DNA of 64,000 bases from Minutocellus sp. GHC0000111 (taxonomy: Eukaryota): assembly GCA_977018835.1 (NCBI GenBank), contig OZ361258.1:1736001-1800000 (forward strand), given 5' to 3'. This document shows positions 47,391 to 58,367 of this stretch, in pieces (within the stretch, counting starts at the first letter, position 1; every line of letters starts with the position of its first letter). The notes under the pieces are model-generated. The model had not been told where the DNA came from. It worked only from the letters and a program-made list of their open reading frames with translations, and did no database searches. Both the position numbers and the translations under genes were made by a program.

Positions 47391-48305
47391 CTATTCATAA
47401 ATCAACTCTTTGCTTTCAAAGAGTAGTCTCCAATCGCGGTGCAGATAGTAGAGTGTAATGGAAGCGATAACTCCCACCACTGCTGAGCAAAGTGGATAAA
47501 GAAATGTCCGCTCGACCAGAACAAGAACTGCCAGGAGAGCAAAGCTAGCAAGCGATAGGCTGAAACACCGAGTCCCATGCACTCTCGCTCGCGCCGTCCT
47601 TCGAAGGAATCGGTCATATTCCCGGTCACGCTCCGCGCCGAGGGAAGCCTTTCCATAAAGAATAGTTAGACTAAAGATAATTGTTGCGTAGAGACCGAAC
47701 AGAGCCGAAAAGCCAGAAACCACTTGAATCGACAGCGCCAACACTCTGTAGTAAACCCGAACACTCTTGGGGATCGTGGTTTCAATAAATCCAACAAGGC
47801 ACCCAAAACTCATCGATGAGGTCAAGGTTGATACCAGAACGTAGCTATCCATAGACGATAGACGAGCATCCTGACGGAAGAAGTCCCGCTCGTGGGTCAG
47901 GACGACAGGCCTCGGCTTCCTCTTCTTGCTGGGACCAGTTGTCACGCCTCTTGCAGGGACAGATTTCGACGAGCCCCCGGAAGCCTTGGCAGCAGCTAGC
48001 GAGAAATATCGTCTCTGGTGCACAAACTTGGGACTGCCACTTGATGTACTCAGTGGGTCAAGGCCAGCCGTGGATATGATTGGTGGCAGAAGCAGTTGTT
48101 GTGTGCGACCCATTGGCACTTCAGATCTACTTTGAACGACAAACGCCGCGGAAGGAGATGGCTGGATCAGCACCACAGATACCGGCAAAACAGCGAAAAT
48201 ACACCCACATAGTACAGATAAACGGTGCGCTACCGCATGCTTTCGTCGTGAGGAGGTCATGGATTGGATTGGTGGACTGTCCGCTTTGGCTTTGACACCA
48301 CGCAT
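47391..48305 (-). CDS. Unknown 4-TM membrane protein with probable bipartite targeting signal (paralog of 48497)
   Basis: Hydrophobic signal then SAA-FVV; LTHERDFFRQDAR..YVLVS; four TM segments. Confidence 0.7.
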   Translation of the reverse strand: MRGVKAKADSPPIQSMTSSRRKHAVAHRLSVLCGCIFAVLPVSVVLIQPSPSAAFVVQSRSEVPMGRTQQLLLPPIISTAGLDPLSTSSGSPKFVHQRRYFSLAAAKASGGSSKSVPARGVTTGPSKKRKPRPVVLTHERDFFRQDARLSSMDSYVLVSTLTSSMSFGCLVGFIETTIPKSVRVYYRVLALSIQVVSGFSALFGLYATIIFSLTILYGKASLGAERDREYDRFLRRTARARVHGTRCFSLSLASFALLAVLVLVERTFLYPLCSAVVGVIASITLYYLHRDWRLLFESKELIYE

Positions 48306-48496
48306 CCCCCGATCTTTCTTATTAGTCGAGTGTGTCAAAAAGATACGGTTATCATGCCATCAGTTCTGCTGCTGCCTACCAATGGTATGCTTGATGTGAC
48401 TGCGTCCACCCACGCTTGCATAGAGTACATGTGGCCTCAAGTAGTTCGCAAAAATCCGGCTCTACCAGACGGCTCTCTCTATGAGCTAGCTAGATT

Positions 48497-49365
48497 ATGC
48501 CCATGATTGCATCATCGCCGTTCACTTCCAAATTGTTCATCGCTCTGCTGGTCCTCATGCTGCTCTTAGCAAGGGCCGCAGGATTTTCTGTACGAGTACG
48601 CCCCAACTCTCCCTTCCAATCACATTCTGGCCCGCCTCTGACAAATAATAAGCGACGCGCACTTTCAAGTACGGCACTTCATGTGATGTCGCGCAGGAGA
48701 GGCATTCGGGATCGAATCGTTGGTCTCTTTAATAAAGGAAACACTTTTGAGCGTCGGCAAAAGATTCGTGAGCAAATCGAAAGGGACGAGGATGAAGATT
48801 TCCTCCTTGCCGACATCAAACCCAAGGCCCTCTCGCACGAGAGAGATTACTTTAGACAAGAAACTCGGATTGAAGCATGGGACGAATATGTGTTGGTATC
48901 GATCCTGTGCACATCAATTTCATACACTGCGCTGACCAATTTTCAACTCAACCCAGATCACGAAAACATCTTTATTTTTGAGTCTGTTCTCAAGACGGCC
49001 ATTGAGTTTTTGGGTGGACTTGCAGTTCTCAGTGGCCTTTATTCCACCATGGTTTACTCTCTGTCGATATATATTGCAAGCAGGCGCTCGGAGAAGAGTT
49101 GGATGCCCAGTATGATGAATTCCTAGACCGCACTGAGGAGATTCGAGATACAGCTTTCATTGCTTTCAGCTTGAGTTTGGCTTGCTTCGCAACTGTCGTT
49201 GTATTGGTCCTGAGCGAGGAGTTGCCACTCGTAATGCACTTTCCCGCTGGGAGCGTTATGATTGGTGCCCTCTTTTGGGATTCCGAGACTGGAAGACGTT
49301 GGTTGATTGTGCAAAGGACATTGACGACAACATATACCTCGACGACGAATAAAATCATAAATTAA
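48497..49365 (+). CDS. Unknown 4-TM membrane protein (paralog of 47391); frameshift at about 49068
   Basis: Signal ..AAG-FSV; LSHERDYFRQETR..YVLVS; SGLYSTMVYSL; continues in the shifted frame as CKQALGEELDAQYDEFLDRT. Confidence 0.65.
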
Positions 49366-49456
49366 CAAAACAATAGGAGGGTATCGCATAAGAGTGTCTA
49401 AAAAACAGGTACTAGTACTACTACAAATTAGCACATGCAATTGGGCTCTTCGCATT

Positions 49457-51424
49457 TTAAACAACTTCTCTCATCTTTCGTCGCTCTGCCAAGCCCGTTC
49501 CATCAATATCACTGTCCCCAGCCCCATCACTTTTCCGTTCCCGGCTATCACTTATACCGTCTTGTACAATCTTCATGATAGCTTGCCCATCACCTTCCAC
49601 AACACCGAGAGCTGGACCCGAAAAGTCGGAAAGATGGCAATTAGCTAGATCAGGCGTTTTCAAAACGATCGGAGCAAATGCGCCTGTCATCATGCAACCA
49701 GCAGCGGCTAGAAGGAGCGCAAGTGGCTGATGAATCAGTGCTCCATTCACGAACTGCACAAGGATGCCCGCCATGCGACCAACTCCAGAGCAAGCGCCCA
49801 TGCCGGTTCCGCGGATGGCGGTGGGGAACAGCTCGCTCGTCATGACCGATAGCGCACACCATCCCGACACCAAGAAGGCATGGAAGGAGCATGCGGCCAA
49901 AACCACCTGCATCTGTCGCACATTTTCGGTATCGCTTGCACCCTCCGCCGCAAGACCAAGAGAAAGAGCGGCGCACGCCATGGATCCAAACAGCAGCGTC
50001 TTCCTACCGACCCTGTCGACGGCAAAGGCAGCAGCGACATTTCCCGGAAGGTTGGCCAACGCAAAGTACAGACTCTGGAGGTACACATTCTCCAACCCAA
50101 CCAGCTCGAATATTTTGGTAATCCAGGTGCACAATCCAGAACCGAAGCTCATGGAAAACCACACCACCTGCAGGGGCACCGTTACCTTCCGCGCCAAGTC
50201 CTTGCGGTAGAGATTGCCAATCTTCCGCAGGGCCTCCCTGGCACTCAGCGGGGGACTGTGCGCCTTGCTCTGCACGAGCGGTTCGAAGGCGTCTCGAACC
50301 TCCTTCGCGGTCAGCGGCGCTCCTCGATATCCCATGGCATTTGCCACCTCATTGGATATTTGGGTGGCACGATCGTACTTCCCATGCAGGGCCAGATAGC
50401 GCGGGGATTCCGGCACGATGAGCCACACCAGCACCCCCCCCACAAAGGTCGGGGCGGCAGCGAGGAGGGCAAATATCCTCCATGAATAATCATTGAGCTC
50501 AAACAACACGTACGCCAACACCGCGACGAATATGGCCCCCAGCGTCCAGAAGCCCCCCACCAAAGTAATGTACCACCCCCGATGCCTGGGGGGACTCAGT
50601 TCGGTGGCCAACGTGATGAGGCTGGACAGCACGGCGCCGATGCCCAGACCGGCCAGGAACCGAAACATGCACATGACGCCGGCGGTGGGGGAGAGGGAGC
50701 TGCACACGCCGCTGACGGCGTTGAGGAACAGCCCCGCGAGGAGGGTCGGCCGCCGTCCCACCCGATTGCCGTACGCGCCCGTGACGATGCCCCCGAGGAG
50801 CATGCCGGCGAAGATGGAGGAGGCGATGGCGGCCCCTCTGCCGGAGTAGTCTCCCTCGGCGGCGGCGGTGCCACCCTGTTGTGTCTGCGACTGTTGCATC
50901 AATGTCTCCTCAATGAACAGCGGGTGGCTCAGGATGTAATTCATGCAGCCAATCTCGGTGGCGTCGCCGCAGTTGGCCACCCCGAGGGCCAGGAAGAGCA
51001 GCCAGTAGTGCCACCGGCTGCTGCGCGTGCCGTGCTCGTAGGCGGCGTTGTAAAAGTCGTCGATGGTCCGGGAGGGGGAGGTGGGGTCGTGGGTTGGTCG
51101 CTGGGGGAGGGGTGGATGGTCGTCATGATCGGCATTGGTGTTGGTGTTGGTGTTGGCAGCGGTGTTGGACGGACTCAGACATCCCAGGCACGCGTCGTGC
51201 AGGCCGAGGCCGATCGCGACGCCGCCGACGGTGAGGGTGAGGCGCTGGGCCCCTGCCGATGCCGATGATGATGATGTCGTGTTGGAAGATGTCGCCCCTG
51301 CTACTTGATCGCTGCTGGTGCCACTGCCACTACTATTAGCATTGCTACCGATGACGGCACCGGCACCTCCAGTTCGCATCCTGGCCGCCTTGGGTGGGGG
51401 GGAGTGGTGCTGCAATCCCTTCAT
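49457..51424 (-). CDS. MFS transporter, SV2/SVOP-like
   Basis: GVANCGDATE, GNRVGRR, RFLAGLGIG, ELSPPRHRG, PESPRYL, DRVGRK, ELFPTAIRGTG. Confidence 0.88.
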   Translation of the reverse strand: MKGLQHHSPPPKAARMRTGGAGAVIGSNANSSGSGTSSDQVAGATSSNTTSSSSASAGAQRLTLTVGGVAIGLGLHDACLGCLSPSNTAANTNTNTNADHDDHPPLPQRPTHDPTSPSRTIDDFYNAAYEHGTRSSRWHYWLLFLALGVANCGDATEIGCMNYILSHPLFIEETLMQQSQTQQGGTAAAEGDYSGRGAAIASSIFAGMLLGGIVTGAYGNRVGRRPTLLAGLFLNAVSGVCSSLSPTAGVMCMFRFLAGLGIGAVLSSLITLATELSPPRHRGWYITLVGGFWTLGAIFVAVLAYVLFELNDYSWRIFALLAAAPTFVGGVLVWLIVPESPRYLALHGKYDRATQISNEVANAMGYRGAPLTAKEVRDAFEPLVQSKAHSPPLSAREALRKIGNLYRKDLARKVTVPLQVVWFSMSFGSGLCTWITKIFELVGLENVYLQSLYFALANLPGNVAAAFAVDRVGRKTLLFGSMACAALSLGLAAEGASDTENVRQMQVVLAACSFHAFLVSGWCALSVMTSELFPTAIRGTGMGACSGVGRMAGILVQFVNGALIHQPLALLLAAAGCMMTGAFAPIVLKTPDLANCHLSDFSGPALGVVEGDGQAIMKIVQDGISDSRERKSDGAGDSDIDGTGLAERRKMREVV

Positions 51425-51547
51425 TATTGTTTATTTTTCAACATGTTTTTCTTTTGCTGGCCCTCGACACTACGTGTGCATGTGTGCTGACTTGGCTTGG
51501 CTTTCTTCAACGGCATGCAAGCAGCACCTGCTACTACGTAGTATGCT

Positions 51548-51871
51548 ATGCTGACTGTGCTGGTGACTGTGCTGGTGACTGTGCTGACTGCTTCATGGGC
51601 GTTGGTCGTCATTGTGGCGGGCGGGGGGTCATTGTCGTCATCACTGCTGCTTTTTGGCTTGCTTGCTTACCAATTGGTACGAACCTTCATCTACAAGTTC
51701 AACGGCGTGAAGCGGGAGCTAAAGAAGCTCAAGCTCATCCCGGATTGGCTGTGGTGCGAGATCCGGGACGAATGCATCGTACTGCCGATCCGAGGCGAGC
51801 ATCATGCCATCGTTCAAGATGAAGACGAGATGGAGGCCGAACCGTCGCGTCGCACGAACGCGTCCATTTGA
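51548..51871 (+). CDS. Small hypothetical membrane protein
   Basis: 107-aa ORF with hydrophobic N-terminus and GC3-biased C-terminal half. Confidence 0.3.
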   Translation: MLTVLVTVLVTVLTASWALVVIVAGGGSLSSSLLLFGLLAYQLVRTFIYKFNGVKRELKKLKLIPDWLWCEIRDECIVLPIRGEHHAIVQDEDEMEAEPSRRTNASI

Positions 51872-52338
51872 TTAGAGCCGCTGAAATCTAAAGTCTTATC
51901 CGAATTATTGTTTCACATGAAGATAAATCAAAATTAGAGTAAAAATAGCCATTTTCTTAAATATTTCAGCATGACTATTCTTCGAGGCGCTTTTCAATCC
52001 CCTCGAAAGCAGTCAAAAACCGGGCGCTCGATTTCTCGCGAATCTGACCTCGTATGTGTAATGCAATCTCATCTGGATGGAGGTCCCTCCATCGTCGACC
52101 TTCTGACTTGGGAGTGTTGTTTTTCCTCATGCCGTCTGATGTCTGATGCTGTTTGCTCATCACATGTTTTTGGCATTGGATGCCGGCCATGGATGCTTGC
52201 TTGCTGGCGAGGCATACTGTACCATAGCGGCGGCAGAGAGCTAGAGAGGTGGCGCAGTAGTTAGGCGGCATTGGCCCCATTCCATCGCCGAGGCCCAGCG
52301 CAGGCAGCAGCACAATTGAATAAGCAGCCATCATCACC

Positions 52339-54321
52339 ATGACCAGCCCACCACCACCACCAACGGCCGCCCTGCCGTCGGCCCTGTCCGCCCTCCTGCA
52401 CCTCCATCCCCTCCCCCCCGCCACCCCCTACTCGTACGGCACGGCCGGGTTCCGCTACCCCCACCCCCTCCTGCCCCCCGTCCTCCTCCGGGTCGGCATC
52501 TTCGCCGCCCTCCGCTCCCGCTCCACCGGAGGCGAGAGTGTCGGGATCATGATCACCGCCTCCCACAACCCCGTCGAGGACAACGGGGTCAAGCTGGCCG
52601 ATCCCGACGGGGGGATGCTCAGTGGGGATTGGGAGGGGTGGGCGGTGAAATTGGTGAATGCCGATGGGGTGGACGAGGTGGCGGACGTGGTGCAAAAGAT
52701 GGAGGAGGTGATTGCAAATAATACCACCAACAACAATGGCAGCAGTAACAACGGCAAGGGCAACAGCAGCAACAGTAACAACGGCGGCCGTCGGAAGATG
52801 GTGGTCCACGTCGGGTACGACACCCGTCCCCACTCCCCCCACCTCGCCGCACTGGCCATATCCGCCGCCACCGCCATGGGTGCCACCGTGATCAATCACG
52901 GAATCGTCACGACCCCGCAGCTCCATCACTGCGTCATGCACGCCAATCCCCATCGGTTGCCCAACGTCGTCCCCGTGAGGGTGGATGAGGGGGGGTACAT
53001 GGATTTGATGGGGAGGAGCTACAGGGCGTTGGTGGATACCAAGTTGGACGTGGGGGGTGGAAGTGATGGGAATGGGAATGGCAAGGAGAGGATCCTGACG
53101 GTCGACGGGGCGTGCGGGGTGGGATATGCCAAGATCCAGACCCTGGCGGAGATGCTGGCGAAGCTGAGTGCTGGCAGTGCTGGCAATGCTGGCAATAGTG
53201 ACAGTGGTACTGGTGGTGGCAATGGTGGCATGGCCACCCTCCGGCCCATCAACGGACCGGACGACGGTCCCCTCAACGACGGGTGCGGGGCCGAGCACGT
53301 GCAGAAGAACCGGTTGCCGCCCCTCATATATACTGGTACTGGCACTGGTACTGGCGGTAGTGCCGGCCAAAACCAACAAGGCAGACACGTGCCCATGACG
53401 TACGCCGCCTCCCTCGACGGCGACGCCGACCGGGTGGTCTTCCACTACCACCGCCGTGATGCCCACGCCGCAACACCAACCTTCCGCTTCCTCGACGGCG
53501 ACAAGATTGCCGTCCTCGTCACCCAGTTTCTCCAGGAGGAGCTCCGGGCCCTCCAAGCGGTCGGGTTGGCCACCGGTCTGCGCTGCGGCATCGTCCAGAC
53601 GGCCTACGCCAACGGGGCTGCCACGGCCTACGTGCGGAATACGGTCAAGGCCGACGTCATTATCGCCAAGACGGGGGTCAAGTACGTGCATGCCGCCGCG
53701 CACCATCACTTTGACGTCGGGGTGTACTTTGAAGCCAACGGACACGGGACGGTGCTGTTCTCGCCCCAATTCTACCGGATGCTCGATGCCTCCGAGGACC
53801 AGCTGCGGGGCCAATACGGCCACCGGGCCAACGTGGCGCTCCAGCGCCTCCGCCTGCTCCCCAGCTTGGTCAACCAGAGCGTCGGCGATGCCATCAGCGA
53901 CCTCCTCCTGGTCGATGCCATCCTCTACCTCAAGGGCTGGACCGTCGAGGAGTGGGACGGCCTGTACGAGGACCTGCCCAGCCGGCAGTGCAAGGTCCAG
54001 GTGTTGGATCGGTCAGTCATCCGGACCAACGACAGCGAGACCAGGGCCACCGCCCCGTCCAACCTCCAACCGGCCCTGGATGCTGCCATGGCAGCGTCGG
54101 ATGCGGCATTGAGAAAGGGTGGAGGACAGAATCAACAACATCTGGCACCCAGCCGGTGCTTCGTTCGGCCCAGCGGGACGGAGAATGCCGTCCGGGTCTA
54201 CGCCGAGGCCTCGACGCAGGATGCCGCCGATGCGCTGGCGTCGGAGGCCGCGGCCCTGCTGCACCGACTTTGCGGTGGGGTGGGAGACCCTCCTCGTCCC
54301 ATCGTCCGATCTAGAATGTAA
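52339..54321 (+). CDS. PGM3: Phosphoacetylglucosamine mutase (AGM1/PGM3)
   Basis: YGTAGFR, GIMITASHNPVEDNGVK, DTRPHS, TTPQLH, SLDGDADRVV, GVYFEANGHGT, FVRPSGTENAVRVYAEA. Confidence 0.95.
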   Translation: MTSPPPPPTAALPSALSALLHLHPLPPATPYSYGTAGFRYPHPLLPPVLLRVGIFAALRSRSTGGESVGIMITASHNPVEDNGVKLADPDGGMLSGDWEGWAVKLVNADGVDEVADVVQKMEEVIANNTTNNNGSSNNGKGNSSNSNNGGRRKMVVHVGYDTRPHSPHLAALAISAATAMGATVINHGIVTTPQLHHCVMHANPHRLPNVVPVRVDEGGYMDLMGRSYRALVDTKLDVGGGSDGNGNGKERILTVDGACGVGYAKIQTLAEMLAKLSAGSAGNAGNSDSGTGGGNGGMATLRPINGPDDGPLNDGCGAEHVQKNRLPPLIYTGTGTGTGGSAGQNQQGRHVPMTYAASLDGDADRVVFHYHRRDAHAATPTFRFLDGDKIAVLVTQFLQEELRALQAVGLATGLRCGIVQTAYANGAATAYVRNTVKADVIIAKTGVKYVHAAAHHHFDVGVYFEANGHGTVLFSPQFYRMLDASEDQLRGQYGHRANVALQRLRLLPSLVNQSVGDAISDLLLVDAILYLKGWTVEEWDGLYEDLPSRQCKVQVLDRSVIRTNDSETRATAPSNLQPALDAAMAASDAALRKGGGQNQQHLAPSRCFVRPSGTENAVRVYAEASTQDAADALASEAAALLHRLCGGVGDPPRPIVRSRM

Positions 54322-54413
54322 ATAAAAACTTATAGCCTTAAGAATGAGCTAGCTTGATGATCATCAGTGCAGATGCAAGTACAAGAGTATCTCTATCTAT
54401 GCCAATGTTTGTC

Positions 54414-55942
54414 CTACTTTGCCAATAGCGCTTGCAATTCAAGCTCCCATGGGCTCATCTCCTGCTCCCTTGCAGGAGGAGGAGCGCCGTAGTACAATCG
54501 GAACAAATCATCTGGATGGAGCCCCCCCGCGTACAGATTGACAAACTTGGAGTTCATCCACGTCACATACAGCACACCAAACTTTTGCCACCGACGAGGA
54601 GAGCACAAAGCCGCCGGGCCGCCAATGATCTGCAACCGTTCCCTTTGGACCACCCCGAGCTTGGGCAGCAGTGCCGATCTCTTTCGCAATAGAGCCACCA
54701 GCTCGTAGTCCTCCATTAGGCATTGATCGGGAAATCCACCGACGTAGTGAAATACGTCGGAAGGTATCGATAGACACTGGTCGCCATAGGGCAAGGAATA
54801 CAAATGAGTCCGCAAATTGGCCGTCGTTTCCACCGCCTTGATGCCAGGCGGACATGGCCCGCCATTCAATCCAGCAGAACTCGTATCGATGCCAAATGCG
54901 AATGCACATGAGTTGGATCGAACAGTAGCCTTCGTCTTCTTTACGCCTCCTCCTCCTCCTTCGTGGAATGCCTCGACGATGCTGCGATCCCACTCCATTG
55001 GCAGACGAGTATCCGAATGACAGAACGTCAGTATCCTACCGCTGGCATTTGCCGCACCAAAGTTGAGGCAGGGACCGCCACCGTCTTGAGGCATCCCCAC
55101 TGTTTTTCTTCTTGACCATCATGACCATCATCACTTCCACTTGGACTTGTCTCCAATACCGCATCCATATTCTGACATCCACCGGCATCGACCACAATGA
55201 TCTCTACCCTGCTGCAATCGACGGACGAATCCTTGGCATGTGTCAGCTTCCGGCACATCTCTTTCCCGTCTTCTCGAAATGCTGGCAAGATGAGCGATAG
55301 GTCGTACTCGTACGTGTCCTTGAGTGGTGGAAGTTGCAGCAGCTGTGGCCACACCCGCGCCAGGCTTTGCACGACCTCCAATTCGGGATGTTCTCTTAGG
55401 AGAGTGGTCATCTTACTCGTGCTTGTTGTCGTTGTGGTAGATCTGGTACCATCGGCATCTGCCTTGCAGTACGGACGCATCGTCAGCGATGCCAATCGCC
55501 GCGCGACGTGGTTTCGCCGCAGCGTGACCACGATGCCATCGTCGTTGATAAAATACAGCAGTTTGTGAAGCAGCTGGACCAGCTGATCGCAGCGCTGCCG
55601 CGGCGTCGCTCTGTCCAGTTCCGACCGGCTGTGCGTGGTGAGGGGCACCCACACCCGCTCGTAGGGGGTGGCGTCTTGCTGCCGTGGCTGTGATGACGAC
55701 GAAGTGATGAGCCGCACGGGCAATGCTATCAGCCGACGCACTTGCGCTCGAACGAACGAGAGGGCGGGAACGACCACCGCAGTGCGGAGGTAGTGATACC
55801 CCGACACGCCGAGGCAGGAAACGCACAGAGACCAGGAGAGGGTAGATTCGACAAATCTCGGCAGACGGTATATATCGCCTGGGGACACACGAATCACCAA
55901 TGGTTGATGTATCATCCTGGTGGTCACATGCGCTGCCCTCAT
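54414..55942 (-). CDS. Family 2 glycosyltransferase, TIGR04283-like; small deletion/frameshift at about 55078; start uncertain
   Basis: LSLILPAFRE, EIIVVDAG, CLNFGA, FCHSDTRLP, LPYGDQ, VGGFPD..MEDYELV, SPRRWQKFG. Confidence 0.75.
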
Positions 55943-56737
55943 CGTCGCTGTCGTTGTTGTTGTCCAAGGAGTGGATGAATCCCCTAGCGATGGCAAGGTG
56001 ACTCTCGTTCTGCTCGCTTCTTCTACGGCGTTCCTTGAAGGTAGATCTAGTGTGCAAAATGATGACTTGTGGCAGGCTTGGATAGGTAAAATATGCGCTA
56101 GTGTCGGAAGGTGGGCGGTCAAGAGGGACTACAATCTCTTGGTCGGCGAAGTTTTGTTCTGGGAACGGTGGCAGAGGTGAGAGTGAAGTGCTAGTAGATG
56201 GTGCGAAAGCATTTGCAGTAGCAGCATCTGGAGCTGTAGCACTTGGTGTGTCGTCAAGAGGATTCACATTTGCGTCGGTGTCAGCAAGTAGACTGTCATT
56301 TTGATCCATGGTGGTGTCGAGGCCAAAAGTAGACGAGCCCTGAGAAGATGGTTGTGACGATGTTGGCCTGTCGGTGCGATTCGTGGTAGCTGACTGTGTG
56401 ATTGCTGGCTCTCAGAAGGCTCGTTCACAGAATGGACGTCGAACATTCCGTGATGATCACTCTTGCTGGAAGCTACTTCGATGATGACGTCTTGCTGGCC
56501 GTGTGCCACCTCCTCGTCGAATCGCTCGCCATCATCGTGAACATCGACATCGACGAGAGAGACACCACCGACGATGCTGTCGTCGGCGCAGCCAGAAGAG
56601 AGAAAGCGACCAGATGAGATGCTGGCGGCCTCGGAGAACAAATCGCTGAGGATGCTCTCATGGCTACAGCTGGAGCGCCGTCGTCGCGGCTGCTGTCGCT
56701 GCGTCGGTTGCGGTTCTTGGTCGGCAAGGGCGGTCAC
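55900..56737 (-). pseudogene. Paralog of the 3271 hypothetical protein; GTG start, frameshifted, 3' end uncertain
   Basis: xTAL...RRRRSSCSHESILSDLFSEAASISSGRFL matches the 3271 N-terminus. Confidence 0.5.
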
Positions 56738-57479
56738 ACGGCTTGTTTTTGTGTGTTCTACCTTGTTGAGATTGTTCTTTCTGTGATGTTAACGCACACA
56801 TGCTACTTGTACTTAAGTGACGGCGAGCAAAGCGTGAAGATTTTTTGGCCCTTCAAAATACAGAAATACTTTGTCCAGTCAGCTGCAACGTTCGCCGCCG
56901 TCTCAAATTGGTGAGGCCGAATAATGATGCTCACGAGTTTCTTCTTGAGTTTCTCCGGCGGCCTCACCACGGCACTCACCACACACTGCAGCAGCAGCAG
57001 CGTCTGACGGCATTTTCAGAAACTCCTGAATCCAGCACAGGACTTGCGCACCAGAGATGACATGAATGTTCGCCGGAGTCTCATTTTTGCTCACATTTTC
57101 TTTTTTTTGGAGACATCGCGACTTTCTTTCAGGCCATCTCACGCTTGCAAAGAACGTTGCGGTACCGTAGAAAAGAGGCTTTGAGCGGAAAAGAGACGCG
57201 GCGTCCGAGTGGTCGAGACATGGTGACAATATCGGCGACTGTTTTTGGCCTGACCTGGATACTAGTACAAGTAGTGCGTCCAAAACATCGCTTCATTCAC
57301 ACTTTGGACGCATGTACATGTATGTATGTTTCCGGTTTCCTCACACGCATGCATAACACATTAGGCCAGCTATACGCAGTTCGTTCGTCTCTCATTTTCT
57401 ACGTAGAAATTCCTTCCACTGTTGCTCTAGCTAGCTCATATTCTTCAACCGGTTTTGATTGAAACACAAAACAACAACA

Positions 57480-58139
57480 ATGGCATCCTTCTTCATCACA
57501 TCCAGTAACAGATCGAGCGAAAGCGGCACCAACGCCAGCGGTCGTCGATCATCTTCAACTTCGGGGAAAATTAAAGAATCATTGGCTGCCGTTGCTACCG
57601 GTAGGAATAATTCCGGTACCGCTGCCACCTCTTCTTCAACCAAAGCTCTTACCTTCGATTCCTCCTTTGCGACGGTCTCCACCGCCAACTCTTCATTGGC
57701 TTCGCTTGACGCTTCTTCCAGTACCACGAGCTTCGCCGACGAAGCCTCCCATTCCGCCACCGCCACTCGCCGCGTCTCATTCCGGACGGCCTTCTTCGCC
57801 GATTCCTGCAATAGCAGCACCAGCAGCCTAACTTTGGACGACATCGCCGAAGGCGACGACGAGGCCGACCACTCTCGTACATGTAAGCATCGCGCAAAGG
57901 AGCTTCAGGCCGGGTCGTCATCACTTCCACTCGCGAGCCTGAACGAGGCTTCAGAAGCCGAGGAAGACCAATCCAGAGAAGAAGAACGCCGGACCAAGCG
58001 ACGAGCGGCCTTTCTACTCAAGCCGAGGAAGAAGGAACTTCATCACTTTGTCTTTGCCGCGGAGATCGAGGCAGAGCTCGATGATTATGACTCTGACGAC
58101 GACTTTGACGAAGACAAAGTTTCCGGTCGCCAATTATGA
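57480..58139 (+). CDS. Hypothetical Ser-rich protein
   Basis: Intact ORF after a CAA-rich leader; contains RRVSF. Confidence 0.55.
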   Translation: MASFFITSSNRSSESGTNASGRRSSSTSGKIKESLAAVATGRNNSGTAATSSSTKALTFDSSFATVSTANSSLASLDASSSTTSFADEASHSATATRRVSFRTAFFADSCNSSTSSLTLDDIAEGDDEADHSRTCKHRAKELQAGSSSLPLASLNEASEAEEDQSREEERRTKRRAAFLLKPRKKELHHFVFAAEIEAELDDYDSDDDFDEDKVSGRQL

Positions 58140-58367
58140 CCAGTCATACATAATTGGGTCGCTAATCCATCTATACAACACTGCTAGCTAGCTAAAACTC
58201 TATATAGACTTTCTTGCACTACACATTCGTAAATCTTCTCATGCCTACCTCTACTAGACTAGTACCTGCAATGCATAGTTTCTCGAATGATGACGTACGT
58301 TTTCTAAATATTGCAAGGTCGTCTTCTCTAAATGCAGGCAACGACATGTTTATTGCACGTATGGACG

